Notes: generated from the letters alone by a model not told the origin. DNA of 64,000 nt from Kiritimatiellia bacterium (GCA_050950285.1 JBMNHG010000008.1:372001-436000), one strand, 5' to 3'. Numbered from the stretch's first letter, positions 16,837 to 27,255 are shown. Program-made: numbers and translations.

Positions 16837-18333
16837 TCAGCTCCGGTAGTTCGGGGCTTCCTTGGTGATGCGGACGTCGTGCGGGTGGGCTTCGCGGCGG
16901 CCGGCGTCGGTGACGAGCCAGAAGCGGCCGCGGCGCTGGAGCTCGGGGATGGTCCTGCATCCGCAGTAGCCGAGCGCGGCGCGGAGGCCGCCGGCGAACT
17001 GGGCGAGGATGCGCTGGACGGGTCCGGCGAAGGGGACGACGCCTTCGATGCCCTGGGGGACGAGGTCGTCCGAGGCGGTCGAGGCCTGGCCGTAGCGCTC
17101 GCGGCTCCCGGCGCCGTCCTTCATGGCGGCGATCGAGCCCATGCCGCGGTAGACGACGTACTGGCGGCCTTCGTAGATGATCTTTTCGCCGGGGCTTTCC
17201 TCCGATCCGGCGAGGAGCGAGCCGAGCATGACGGTGTCGGCGCCGGCGACGATGGCCTTCGGGATGTCGCCCGAGAGCTTGAGCCCGCCGTCGGCGATGA
17301 CGGGGATCGATCCGTCGACGGCCTTGGCGGCCTGGTAGACGGCGGTCAGCTGGGGGATGCCCACGCCGCAGACCACGCGGGTGGTGCAGATGGAGCCGGG
17401 GCCGATGCCGACCTTCACGGCGTGGGCGCCGGCGTCGCGGATGGCGAGCGCGCCCTCGGCGGTGGCCACGTTGCCGGCGATGACGTCGGTGTCGGGGTGG
17501 TGGGCGACGAGCCACTTCACCATGTCGAGAATGCCCTTCGAGTGGCCGTGGGCGGAGTCGACCACCAGCACGTCGGCGCCGGCCTCGACGAGCCTGTCGG
17601 CGCGGTCGTGGTCGTGGGGGGTCACGCCCACGGCGGCGGCGGCGCGCAGGCGGTGGTGGGCGTCGCGCGAGTAGAGCGGGTTCTTGTTCTCGACGAGGTT
17701 CTTCACGTCGGTGAACGAATAGAGGCCGGCGAGCCGCCCGTCCGGATCCACGAGGGGGAGCTTGCCGACCTTGTTCGCGATCATGAGCCGGTAGGCCTCC
17801 TCGAGGGAGGTGCCGGGGGCGGCGGTGATCGTCGCACGGGTCATGATGTCGCGGGCCTTGACCGAATTGGAGGTGGCGAAGTGGACGTCGGAGCGGGTGA
17901 GGATGCCGGTGAGGCGGTCCTGGGCGTCGAGGATGGGGAAGCCGCCGAAGCGGAGGCTGTGCTTGCGCCGGTAGGCGAGGATCGTGTCGATCGTGTCCTC
18001 CTCGTGGAAGCAGACGGGGGAGAGGATCAGTCCGTTCAGGTGGTTCTTCACGAGGCGCACGTGGCGGCACTGCTCTTCGGCGGAGAGGTTCTTGTGGATC
18101 ACGCCGATGCCGCCGTTGAGGGCCATGGCGATGGCCATGTCCGCCTCGGTCACGGTGTCCATCGCGGCGCTGACGATGGGCGTGTTGAGGGTGATGCGCG
18201 AGGTGAGCCGGGTGGAGATCGACGTCTCGTCCGGGAGAAAATCGGCATATTGGGTCACGAGAGTGACGTCGTCGTACGTCAGTGCGACGTTGGGGAAACT
18301 CTGCATGAACTCGTCGACGGCTGGATTCTGCAC
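16837..18333 (-). CDS. guaB: IMP dehydrogenase with CBS pair
   Basis: [44 protein letters not shown] start after GGAGG. Confidence 0.96.
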   Translation of the reverse strand: MQNPAVDEFMQSFPNVALTYDDVTLVTQYADFLPDETSISTRLTSRITLNTPIVSAAMDTVTEADMAIAMALNGGIGVIHKNLSAEEQCRHVRLVKNHLNGLILSPVCFHEEDTIDTILAYRRKHSLRFGGFPILDAQDRLTGILTRSDVHFATSNSVKARDIMTRATITAAPGTSLEEAYRLMIANKVGKLPLVDPDGRLAGLYSFTDVKNLVENKNPLYSRDAHHRLRAAAAVGVTPHDHDRADRLVEAGADVLVVDSAHGHSKGILDMVKWLVAHHPDTDVIAGNVATAEGALAIRDAGAHAVKVGIGPGSICTTRVVCGVGIPQLTAVYQAAKAVDGSIPVIADGGLKLSGDIPKAIVAGADTVMLGSLLAGSEESPGEKIIYEGRQYVVYRGMGSIAAMKDGAGSRERYGQASTASDDLVPQGIEGVVPFAGPVQRILAQFAGGLRAALGYCGCRTIPELQRRGRFWLVTDAGRREAHPHDVRITKEAPNYRS

Positions 18334-18564
18334 GGGGGAACCTCCGGGAAATGCGGCGGTATGCCGCACATTTCCCGCAATCTTATAGTCCCATGCCGTA
18401 CCGAAGGCAAACCTTAATTTCGTTTCCGGAGGGGAAAGGCGAGGGGAATGTCCCTGGGGCGTCGTCGTTCCCGGGGTTTTTTGGCATTGCCTGCCTTTGG
18501 GATTTCGGGTAACCTTTCCCTTGCGCGATATCCCAAGCCATATTCGCGTTACCAAGGAGAGATT

Positions 18565-19320
18565 TTGGCCCAGCCTGCCGGAGATCGTCTGCGTTACCAG
18601 CGCGTATTGCTCAAACTCAGCGGGGAAGTGCTTCGCGGAAGCACTTCGGGGCACAGCATTGATTCCTCCGTTGTCGACGCCATGGCGCTCCGCGTGAAGA
18701 CCGTGGTGGAGCTGGGCTGCCAAGTGGGCATCGTCCTGGGCGGCGGCAACATCTTCCGCGGCGCGTCGGGCGAGACGCATGGCATCGCGCGCACTTCCGG
18801 CGACTACATGGGCATGCTGGCCACGATCATCAACGGCCTGGCGCTCCAGAGCGCCTTGGAGCACATCGGGCTCGATACGCGCGTGATGACGGCCATCGAC
18901 ATGCCGAAGGTCGCGGAGCCCTTCATCCACCGCCGCGCGTTGCGCCACCTCGAGAAGGGGCGCGTGGTGATTTTCGCGGGCGGTACGGGGAACCCCTATT
19001 TCAGCACGGACACCGCCGCCGCGCTCCGGTCGAGCGAGATGGGGGCGGACGTGTTGCTCAAGGCCACGCAGGTGGACGGCGTGTACACGGCCGATCCGCG
19101 CAAGGATCCCGCGGCGCGCCGCTACGTGCGCCTCGGCTACCTCCACGCCATCGAGCGCCGGCTGAAGGTGATGGATTCCACCGCCTTCGCCATGTGCATG
19201 GACAACCATGTCCCGATCGTGGTCTTCGACTTCTTCGATGCCACCGCCTTCGAACGCGTGGTGCGCGGCGAGGAGGTCGGCACGCTCGTGTCGGACTTCC
19301 AGGAGAGCGTGCTGGCCTAG
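18565..19320 (+). CDS. pyrH: UMP kinase
   Basis: RVLLKLSGE, GGGNIFRG, DYMGMLAT, GTGNPYFSTD; TTG start after AAGGAG. Confidence 0.96.
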   Translation: MAQPAGDRLRYQRVLLKLSGEVLRGSTSGHSIDSSVVDAMALRVKTVVELGCQVGIVLGGGNIFRGASGETHGIARTSGDYMGMLATIINGLALQSALEHIGLDTRVMTAIDMPKVAEPFIHRRALRHLEKGRVVIFAGGTGNPYFSTDTAAALRSSEMGADVLLKATQVDGVYTADPRKDPAARRYVRLGYLHAIERRLKVMDSTAFAMCMDNHVPIVVFDFFDATAFERVVRGEEVGTLVSDFQESVLA

Positions 19321-19361
19321 GCCGCCGCATCGGACGGACTTCAACCCAAAGGAGATCAGCT

Positions 19362-19925
19362 ATGGATACATTGAACGACGTGCTCCTCGATGCCGAGGAG
19401 AAGATGGACAAGAGCGTCGCGGTCCTCAAGGAGCAGTTCGGCGGGCTTCGCACCGGCAAGGCTTCGCCCACCCTCGTCGAGAACGTCCAGGTCTCCTACT
19501 ACGGCACCCCCACGCGCCTCCGGGACCTGGCCGGCATCTCCATCCCCGAACCGCGCCTGATCGCGATCCGCCCCTTCGACCAGTCCGCCCTGTCCGACAT
19601 CGAGAAGGCCATCCTCGCCGCGAACCTGGGCGTGACCCCGCGCAACGACGGCCGCATGATCCGCGTGGTCATCCCCGAACTCAGCGAGGAGCGCCGCAAG
19701 GAGATCGTGAAGGTCGCCCGGCGGCAGAGCGAAGAGGCCCGCATCTCCGTGCGCAACGTGCGGCGCGAAGCCAACGAACTCGTCAAGAAGCTCCAGAAGG
19801 ACGGCGCCATCACCGAAGACGAGCGCGAGACCAGCTTGAACAACATCCAGAAGAGCACCGACCAGTACATCGCCAAGATCGACGATGTCCTCAAGGCCAA
19901 AGAGGCCGAAGTGATGGAGGGGTAA
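19362..19925 (+). CDS. frr: Ribosome recycling factor
   Basis: LRTGKASP, PELSEERRKE, ARISVRNVRR; follows pyrH. Confidence 0.96.
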   Translation: MDTLNDVLLDAEEKMDKSVAVLKEQFGGLRTGKASPTLVENVQVSYYGTPTRLRDLAGISIPEPRLIAIRPFDQSALSDIEKAILAANLGVTPRNDGRMIRVVIPELSEERRKEIVKVARRQSEEARISVRNVRREANELVKKLQKDGAITEDERETSLNNIQKSTDQYIAKIDDVLKAKEAEVMEG

Positions 19926-19976
19926 TCCCTCCGCCCCTTCCCTCCCGTTCCGCAGGCATTCCATCGGAGACATTCC

Positions 19977-20825
19977 ATGGCAGACGAAACCCCCACCCCC
20001 ATTCCTCCCCGCCAGCAGCCCGTCCCCCCCGCGACGCCTCCCGAGCCCGCGGCCCCGCCCACGATCCGCCTGCGCCGCCCCGGCGATCCCGCCCCCACGA
20101 TCCGCCCCCCGGCTCCCGCCGCTCCCGAGGCGGCCGAGGCCGCTCCTGCGGCGCCCGAGGCGGCTCCTGCCGCCGCGGCTCCCGCAGCGCCCCCGCCCAA
20201 GTCGGCCACCACCCGCATCCCGCTTCCCGACGGCGCCGCCAAGGATGCCGTCGCCGCCGCGAAGTCCAAGACCTCCCGCATCCCGCTCGAGGCCGCCCTG
20301 GGCGTCGCCGCGAACGTCGGCGCCGCGCCGAAGACCATCCGCCTCAAGCGCCCCGGCGAGGCCCCTGCCCCCATCCCCGTGGCCACCCCGCTGGGCACCG
20401 CCGCCGCGAGCCAGACCTCCCGCATCCCCTCCGCCAAGCTCGCCACCGCCCGCATCCCCGATGCCGTGGCCGGCGAAGTCCCCGGCGACGAAGCCCCCCT
20501 CACGCGCCGGAAGACCATCAAGGTGCGCCGTCCCGGAGCGGTCGTCGCCCCGCGGGTGTCCGTGGGCGGCGGCGAAGGCGACGCCTCGGACGAGACCGGC
20601 GGCGACGAAACCCCGTGGACCGCGCCGCCCGGCTCCTTCCCCATGCCCCGGAAGGATACCGCCCACTGGAGCTTCATCGTGGCCGCCTGCCTCGCCATCC
20701 TCGTGATCCTCGCCACGTGCGTGGTCCTCGCCGCCCAGGCGTGGGGGCCGGACGCCTCCCTCACGTCGCTCTCCTCCTGGCCCAACGGCCCGGACATCAC
20801 CCTCCCCGGAGCCTACTCGAAGTAA
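19977..20825 (+). CDS. Pro/Ala-rich low-complexity protein with repeated T-x-(R/K)-(I/L/V) motifs and one C-terminal TM helix
   Basis: PTIRLRRP, TTRIP, TSRIP x2, KTIRLKRP, TARIP, KTIKVRRP; TM FIVAACLAILVILATCVVLAA. Confidence 0.75.
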   Translation: MADETPTPIPPRQQPVPPATPPEPAAPPTIRLRRPGDPAPTIRPPAPAAPEAAEAAPAAPEAAPAAAAPAAPPPKSATTRIPLPDGAAKDAVAAAKSKTSRIPLEAALGVAANVGAAPKTIRLKRPGEAPAPIPVATPLGTAAASQTSRIPSAKLATARIPDAVAGEVPGDEAPLTRRKTIKVRRPGAVVAPRVSVGGGEGDASDETGGDETPWTAPPGSFPMPRKDTAHWSFIVAACLAILVILATCVVLAAQAWGPDASLTSLSSWPNGPDITLPGAYSK

Positions 20826-20858
20826 CCCGACGAACGACGAACAACGGGACACCCCTTT

Positions 20859-21689
20859 ATGGATAGCTTGGTGAACCATCTGGTCCAGCTGCAGGAGCTG
20901 GCCTTGACCCGCGACGAACATCGGGCGACCGGCGACGGCTCCCACCTCGACCGCCTCAACAGCGACATCGAAGCCCTCGCCGCAAAGCTCCCCGCAGACG
21001 CCTGCGCACTCTACCAGCGCCTCTACAAGAAGGACCACATCGTGATGGCGCCGGTCTACAACGGAAGCTGCGCCATCTGCGGGATGAAGCTCCCCATCAG
21101 CCAGGTCCAGGCCGTGCGCCTCGGCAAGGAACTCCAGACCTGCCCAAGCTGCGCCCGCATCCTCTTCGAGTCCACCTCCGCCCCGCAATGGGTCGGCGAA
21201 CAATACGTCCGCACCGGCCCCCGCCGCGTCGGCATCGCCCGCTTCTCCGCCGAAACCCTCATGGCGCCCCACATGGAGGCTTCCACCCGCGAGGAGGCCA
21301 TCGCCGTCCTCGCCGAAAAGATGTCCTCCGGCCGCTTCGTGGACGACGCCGCGAAAATCGTCGCCGGCGCCCTCGAACGCGAGGCCATCCTCTCCACCAG
21401 CATGGACAACGGACTCGCCTTCCCGCACGTCCGCGGCGTCGAAGGCGGCGGCCTCACCCTCGCCATGGGCACCTCCCTCACCGGCATCGACTTCGGTACC
21501 CCCCAGCCCGTCTTCGTGGTGTGCCTCATCACCATCCCCACCGCCGTGAGCGCCTTCTACCTCAAGCTCATGGCCGGCCTCACCGAAGCCTTCATGAAGG
21601 CCCAGAACCGCGAGGCCCTCCTCGCCGCCGAAACCCAGGAAGAGCTCTGGAAGGCCCTCAACAAGGCCACCCGCTACACCATCAAGTAG
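20859..21689 (+). CDS. C4 zinc-ribbon (DUF164-like) fused to PTS EIIA domain
   Basis: CAICGMKL..CPSCARIL; LEREAILSTSMDNGLAFPH (EIIA phospho-His motif). Confidence 0.85.
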   Translation: MDSLVNHLVQLQELALTRDEHRATGDGSHLDRLNSDIEALAAKLPADACALYQRLYKKDHIVMAPVYNGSCAICGMKLPISQVQAVRLGKELQTCPSCARILFESTSAPQWVGEQYVRTGPRRVGIARFSAETLMAPHMEASTREEAIAVLAEKMSSGRFVDDAAKIVAGALEREAILSTSMDNGLAFPHVRGVEGGGLTLAMGTSLTGIDFGTPQPVFVVCLITIPTAVSAFYLKLMAGLTEAFMKAQNREALLAAETQEELWKALNKATRYTIK

Positions 21690-21721
21690 CCCGCCCATAC
21701 ACGCTTCGCGCCCCCCGAAAC

Positions 21722-21760
21722 AAACGGGTCCGGGAGACAACCCTCCCGGACCCGTTTTCT
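21722..21760 (+). terminator. Intrinsic terminator
   Basis: aaacgggtccgggag / ctcccggacccgttt stem followed by T-rich tail after the pyrH-frr operon. Confidence 0.75.
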
Positions 21761-21862
21761 TGTGCCCGCCACCTCCCCTCGAGGACGGAAGAAGGCGTGC
21801 GAACCAACCGGAACCGCCTCCCGAAACCCGCCGCCGGCAGGGGGCGCGGTTCCCATCCCAAG

Positions 21863-21948
21863 TTATCAACAACTGTTGATATCCTTGTTGATAAATCAAG
21901 TATTCGCTGGTTTCCAATGGGTTATGTGTTGATATCCTTGTTGATAAA
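21863..21948. promoter_or_regulatory. Cluster of five (T/A)TATCAACA boxes (DnaA-box-like or operator)
   Basis: Boxes at 21863, 21874, 21886, 21927, 21939; 22-bp direct repeat tgttgatatccttgttgataaa; AT-rich island. Confidence 0.65.
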
Positions 21949-21998
21949 ATCCGCTTGCGGAGAGGGGGCGGGATGGGCATACTATGGGTCTTGCCCGT

Positions 21999-22566
21999 AT
22001 GAACGACCTTTCCGACAGAACCGCTTCCGGTGCGCCCGTGCGGTCGCTTCCGCTTCGCCTTCGCGATGCGCGGCGCGCCAGGGGTCTCACGCAGGCCGAA
22101 GTGGCGCGGCAGGCGGGGTGCCTGCAGTCGCAGGTGAGCATGCTGGAGAGGGGCCAGCCGAACCGCGTGGCGCGGGAGACGCTGGAGAAGATCGCGGCCC
22201 CTTCTCGAGGTGGACCTGGGGGCGGCCCCCGTGGAAGCCGTGGCGCCGGCCGTCCCGCCTCCGCCTGCCCATGCCTACTGCCCGCAGGCGGAGTGCCCGT
22301 CGAACACGCCCTACTGCGTGGGCGGGGAGCTCTTCTTCTGGCCTTCGCCCCAGCCCGGCGCGGCCCGTCCGGGCCACCGGTGCGCGTGGTGCGGCGAGGT
22401 GCTCGCCTTCGTCTGCCCGCAATGCGGGGCCGCCGCCGGAGCCGGCGCCTGCTGCCGCGAATGCGGCGCGCCGCTCGTCGCGCCGCCGCCCGGGCTGGAC
22501 GCCGCCCCGGAGCCCTGGGCGGCGCGCCGCCGCCAGGAGATCGAGACCCTGCGCGCATTGCGGTAG
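21999..22566 (+). pseudogene. XRE-family HTH regulator with C-terminal multi-Cys zinc ribbons, split by +1 frameshift near 22200 (probably sequencing error)
   Basis: LRDARRARGLTQAEVARQAG..QSQVSMLERG; removing one C from gcccctt gives IAALLEVDL, continuing into CPQAEC, CAWCG, CPQCG, CRECG. Confidence 0.75.
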
Positions 22567-22683
22567 GCGGCGCGCCGCGAACGCTCGCCCCAGGCTTCCC
22601 CGCCGCGGCGAGGCGGACGCCCCCGTCGGGAAAAACTCGTTCTTCCCTTGTGTCGGCGGGGCGTGGTACCATCCTGCCTACGT

Positions 22684-24033
22684 ATGGCTACGCTCTTCCT
22701 GATCCAGAACGAAACGCCCCGGCTGGTCGCCGATTTCGACGCGCTGGGCAAGACCTCCCTCGTGCTCGGGCGCCGCGCCGATTGCGAGATCACCTTGTCC
22801 GACGGCGCGGTCTCGGGCCACCACTTGCGCTTCGACTTCGACGGCGCGGCGTGGACGGTCACGGACCTCGACAGTTCGAACGGCACGGAGGTGGATGGCA
22901 ACCCCATCGGCACGGCGCGCCTTTCCGAGGGTTCGCGCATCGTGCTGGGCGGCGAAACCGAGCTGGTCTTCTCGCTCGCCTCGCCCGGGGAGGCGGAAGC
23001 GGCCGCGCCTTCCGCCGCGCCCGAAGCCTCGGAGGACGACCTCGCCCTCGTGCGCGCCATGCGCGCCAACACCGACCGCATCCGCCGCGAAATCGCCAAG
23101 GTGATCGTGGGCCAGCACGACGTGGTCGAGCAGGTGCTGACGGTGCTGGTCGCCGGAGGCCACGGCCTCCTCGTGGGAATGCCCGGCATGGCGAAGACGC
23201 TCCTCGTGAGCACCATCGCCAAGGTGCTGGACCTCGACTTCAAGCGCGTGCAGTTCACGCCGGACCTCATGCCCACGGACATCACCGGCACCGAGGTGCT
23301 CGAGAGCGTCGAAGGCTCCTCCGAGAAGCGCTTCCGCTTCATCCCCGGCCCCATCTTCTGCAACCTCCTCCTCGCGGACGAAATCAACCGCACCCCGCCG
23401 AAGACGCAGGCCGCCCTGCTCGAGGCCATGCAGGAAAAGCGCGTCACCGCCGGCAACCGGACCTACGAGCTGGAGCCGCCCTTCTTCGTGCTCGCCACGC
23501 AGAACCCCATCGAGCAGGAGGGCACCTACCCCCTTCCCGAGGCCCAGCAGGACCGCTTCATGTTCAACATCTGGGTGGACTACCCGCAGGAGGAGGAAGA
23601 GGAGCGCATCGTCAAGCGCACCACGGTCGATTCCAGCCAGAAGCCGGAGGTCGTGCTCGACCGCGAACAGGTGATGCAGCTGCAGCGGGTCGCCCGGAAG
23701 ATTCCCGTCTCGGACCACGTGGTGAAGTACGCCATCCGCCTGGTGCGCGGCACGCGCCCGGGCGACCCCAAGGCGCCCGACTTCACGAAGCAGTACGTGG
23801 CCACCGGCGCCGGCCCGCGCGCCGGCCAGTTCCTGGTCCTCGCCGCCAAGGCCCGCGCCCTGCTCGAAGGCCGCGTGCACGTGAGCTGCGCGGACGTCCG
23901 CGCCGCCGCCGTGCCCGTGCTGCGCCACCGCATCCTCGTCAACTTCGCCGCCGACTCCGAGGGCGTCACCTCCACCGACATCGTGGGGAAGCTCCTCGCC
24001 GCCATCGGCGAGCCGTCCGAAGCCGACTATTGA
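22684..24033 (+). CDS. FHA domain fused to MoxR-family AAA+ ATPase
   Basis: LGRRADC..VSGHH..DLDSSNGT (FHA); GMPGMAKT, RVQFTPDLMP, LADEINR, LATQNPIEQEGTYPLPEAQ.DRF. Confidence 0.92.
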   Translation: MATLFLIQNETPRLVADFDALGKTSLVLGRRADCEITLSDGAVSGHHLRFDFDGAAWTVTDLDSSNGTEVDGNPIGTARLSEGSRIVLGGETELVFSLASPGEAEAAAPSAAPEASEDDLALVRAMRANTDRIRREIAKVIVGQHDVVEQVLTVLVAGGHGLLVGMPGMAKTLLVSTIAKVLDLDFKRVQFTPDLMPTDITGTEVLESVEGSSEKRFRFIPGPIFCNLLLADEINRTPPKTQAALLEAMQEKRVTAGNRTYELEPPFFVLATQNPIEQEGTYPLPEAQQDRFMFNIWVDYPQEEEEERIVKRTTVDSSQKPEVVLDREQVMQLQRVARKIPVSDHVVKYAIRLVRGTRPGDPKAPDFTKQYVATGAGPRAGQFLVLAAKARALLEGRVHVSCADVRAAAVPVLRHRILVNFAADSEGVTSTDIVGKLLAAIGEPSEADY

Positions 24034-24060
24034 TCCCACCCTTTCCCCGGAGACTTCCCC

Positions 24061-27000
24061 ATGGGCGTTACGAGCACTTTCCAGAATCCCGGCAACGAAT
24101 TCCGCGGCGCGCCGTTTTGGGCGTGGAACGGCGTGCTGGACCCCGAAACCTGCCGCCGGCAGATCCGCCTGATGCGCGAGGGCGGCCTCGGCGGCTTCTT
24201 CATGCACTCCCGCGTGGGCCTCGGCACCGCCTACCTCTCCGACGAATGGTTCCGGTGCGTCAACGCCTGCCTCGACGAGGCGCGCGGCCTCCACATGCGC
24301 GCCTGGCTCTACGACGAAGACCGCTGGCCCTCCGGCGCGGCGGGCGGCCTCGTCACCCGCGACCCGCGCTTCCGCCGCCGGCGGCTCGCCGCCACCCTCC
24401 TCCGCGCCGCCCCCGCCAAGGGCCTGTGGACGAAGCGGACGATCGCCGTCTTCACCGCGCGCCTGGCCCTCCCGAAGAAACCCGGCGCCCCCGTCGTCGC
24501 CTCGTCCGTGCGCCGCGTGGCCAAGGGCGCGCGACCCAGGCCCGCGAAGGGCGAATCCATCCTGGCGCTCGCCGTCGAACTCGAGGAGCCCTCCAGCTGG
24601 TACAACAACGGCACCTACCTCGACACGATGAACCCCGCCGCCGTGAAGGCCTTCATCGGCACCACCCACGAGGCCTACGCGAAACACTGCAAGGACGCCT
24701 TCGGAAGCGTCTCCCCCGGCATCTTCACGGACGAGCCCAACCACGGCAACACCTTCGAGCGCCACTCCGCCACCCGCTTCTCGATCGCGTGGACGGACGG
24801 CCTCCCCGCCGCCTTCCGCAAGCGCCACGGCTACGACCTGGTCCCGCGCCTCCCCGAACTCTTCCTCGAGGTCGAGGGCGTCGACTCCGCCGCCGTGCGC
24901 CTGCACTACAACGACACGGCGAGCCACCTCTTCTCCGAGTCCTTCGGACGCCTCGTCGGCGAGTGGTGCGACCGCAACGGCATGGAGTCCACCGGCCACC
25001 TGCTGGAGGAGGACACCCTCGTCCGCCAGTCCACCTGCGTCGGCTCGTGCATGCGCTTCTACGAGTACATGCAGGCGCCCGGCATGGACATGCTCACGGA
25101 GAACTGGCGCGTCTTCGCCACCGCCAAGCAAGTCTCCTCCGCCGCCCGGCAGTTCGGCCGCCGCCGGCGCATCACCGAGACCTACGGCTGCACCGGCTGG
25201 GACTTCCCCTTCCTCGGCCACAAGGCCCTGGGCGACTGGCAGGTGGCCCTCGGCATCAACACCCGCTGCCAGCACCTCGCCTGGTACACGATGGAGGGCG
25301 AGGCCAAGCGCGACTACCCCGCCGCCATCTTCCACCAGTCGCCGTGGTGGGAATTCTACGGCCACGTCGAGGACTACTTCGCCCGCGTCCATTTCGTGAT
25401 GACGCGCGGCGAGGAGGTGCGCGACCTCCTCTTCCTCCACCCCGTCGAAAGCGTCTGGGTGCACGGATGCGCCTCGCAGGGCGGCTACGGCGCCCGGGCC
25501 GACGCCCTGGACCGCGACTTCCACAAGCTCGCCGACGTGCTGCTCGCCCACCACCTCGACTTCGACTTCGGCGACGAAGACCTCCTCGAGCGCCACGGCA
25601 GCGTCGAGGCGAAGCGCGGCGCGCCGCCCCGCCTCCGCATGGGCCAGGCCGCCTACAAGGCCGTGGTCGTCCCCACCCTGGACACCATCCGCCGCTCGAC
25701 CCTCGACCTGCTCGACGCCTTCCGCAAGGCGGGCGGCCTCGTGGTCTTCGCCGGCGGGATCCCCGGACGGGTCGAAGGCCTCCCGTGCGCCGACGCCACC
25801 CGGCTCGCGGACGCCTGCGAACGCGCCTCGGGCGACGACCTGCTCGCGCTGCTCTCCGCCGCGGCGCGCCGCGTTTCCGTGCTCGACGCCGCGTCGGGCG
25901 AGGAGTTCCGCCCGGCCCTGGCCCTCCTGCGCGAGGACGCCTCCGCGCGCTACCTCTTCGTCTGCAACTGCGGCGAGGATCTCGCCTCCGCGCCGATGAT
26001 CTTCTTCTCGAACCTCGCGCGCGACCGTTCCGCCGCCTGCGACGCCGTCGAGATCCGCGTGGCCGGGCCCTGCGCCGCCGCCCCGGTCGAACTCGATGCC
26101 TCCACCGGCGCCATCGCCCCCGCCGACGCCGCCGCCTCGGGCGACGGATGGGTCATCCGCACCTCCCTGCCCGCCCTCGGCTCGCGGCTGTTCGTGATGC
26201 CGAAGACGAAGTCCGCGGCCAGGGAGTGGCGCCTTCCCGCGCGCCTCCCCGCGCCGCCGCCCTCCACCCTCGTCCGCCGCACGGTCCTGCCCTCCAGGCG
26301 CTGGGCGTACCGCCTCTCCGAGGCCAACGTGCTGGTGCTCGACCGCGCGCGCTACCGCTTCGGCCCCAAGGGCGCGTGGCGCGCCGCCAAGGAGATCCTG
26401 CGCATCGACGACGAACTCCGCCCCACCCTCGGCGCCGCGAAGCGCGGCGGCATGATGGTGCAGCCCTGGGCGCGCGAGCCGGTGGAGAACCCGCGCCGCG
26501 CGCAGGTGGAGCTCGCCTACGGCTTCACGGTGGATGCGCCGCCCTCCGGCGACCTCTTCCTCGCCCTCGAATCGCCGGGCCGCTGCACCGCCCTCCTCAA
26601 CGGCGTGCCGGTGCCCTTCGCCCAGGACTGCGGATGGTGGGTGGACCCCTCGCTCCGGAAGATCCGCCTCGACCCGCTCCTCGTGCGGCGCGGCGCGAAC
26701 ACGCTCGTGCTTTCGGTGGACTACGACGCCTCCCACCCCGGCCTCGAAATCTGCTACCTCCTCGGCTCCTTCGGCGCGGAAATCCGCGACGGGACGGACG
26801 TGGCGATGACGGCCCTCCCCGCCTCGCTCGACATCGGCGACTGGTGCCCCCAGGGGCTTCCCTTCTACGCCGGGCACGTGGCGTACGTGGCGACGGTTGT
26901 CCCGGAGTTCGCGAAGGGCGAGCGGGTCTTCGTCTCCGTCCCCTCGTACCGCGGCGTGGCGTTGCGCGTGCTCGTGGACGGCCGGGAGGCCGGCTTCCGC

Positions 27001-27240
27001 GGCTGGGAGCCGAATGCCGTGGAGATCACCGGGTTCGTCGGGAACGGCAGGCCCTGCGAACTCGCCATCGAAGTGATCGGCCACCGCCGCAACTCCCACG
27101 GCGCGCTCCACCTCGACGAGCCGTGGCCCGCGTGGCACGGCCCCGATACCTTCAAGTACGACCCGAACCGCTGGCGCGAGGGCTACAACCTCGTGCCCTG
27201 CGGCCTTCTCGCGCCGCCGGCGCTCGAAGTCCGGGCGTAG
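24061..27240 (+). CDS. Glycoside hydrolase, GH106 (alpha-L-rhamnosidase)-like
   Basis: PFWAWNG, GFFMHSRVGL, WLYDEDRWPSGAAGG, GIFTDEP, ETYGCTGW, KRDYP. Confidence 0.78.
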   Translation: MGVTSTFQNPGNEFRGAPFWAWNGVLDPETCRRQIRLMREGGLGGFFMHSRVGLGTAYLSDEWFRCVNACLDEARGLHMRAWLYDEDRWPSGAAGGLVTRDPRFRRRRLAATLLRAAPAKGLWTKRTIAVFTARLALPKKPGAPVVASSVRRVAKGARPRPAKGESILALAVELEEPSSWYNNGTYLDTMNPAAVKAFIGTTHEAYAKHCKDAFGSVSPGIFTDEPNHGNTFERHSATRFSIAWTDGLPAAFRKRHGYDLVPRLPELFLEVEGVDSAAVRLHYNDTASHLFSESFGRLVGEWCDRNGMESTGHLLEEDTLVRQSTCVGSCMRFYEYMQAPGMDMLTENWRVFATAKQVSSAARQFGRRRRITETYGCTGWDFPFLGHKALGDWQVALGINTRCQHLAWYTMEGEAKRDYPAAIFHQSPWWEFYGHVEDYFARVHFVMTRGEEVRDLLFLHPVESVWVHGCASQGGYGARADALDRDFHKLADVLLAHHLDFDFGDEDLLERHGSVEAKRGAPPRLRMGQAAYKAVVVPTLDTIRRSTLDLLDAFRKAGGLVVFAGGIPGRVEGLPCADATRLADACERASGDDLLALLSAAARRVSVLDAASGEEFRPALALLREDASARYLFVCNCGEDLASAPMIFFSNLARDRSAACDAVEIRVAGPCAAAPVELDASTGAIAPADAAASGDGWVIRTSLPALGSRLFVMPKTKSAAREWRLPARLPAPPPSTLVRRTVLPSRRWAYRLSEANVLVLDRARYRFGPKGAWRAAKEILRIDDELRPTLGAAKRGGMMVQPWAREPVENPRRAQVELAYGFTVDAPPSGDLFLALESPGRCTALLNGVPVPFAQDCGWWVDPSLRKIRLDPLLVRRGANTLVLSVDYDASHPGLEICYLLGSFGAEIRDGTDVAMTALPASLDIGDWCPQGLPFYAGHVAYVATVVPEFAKGERVFVSVPSYRGVALRVLVDGREAGFRGWEPNAVEITGFVGNGRPCELAIEVIGHRRNSHGALHLDEPWPAWHGPDTFKYDPNRWREGYNLVPCGLLAPPALEVRA

Positions 27241-27255
27241 CGCGGAGGGGGCGCG

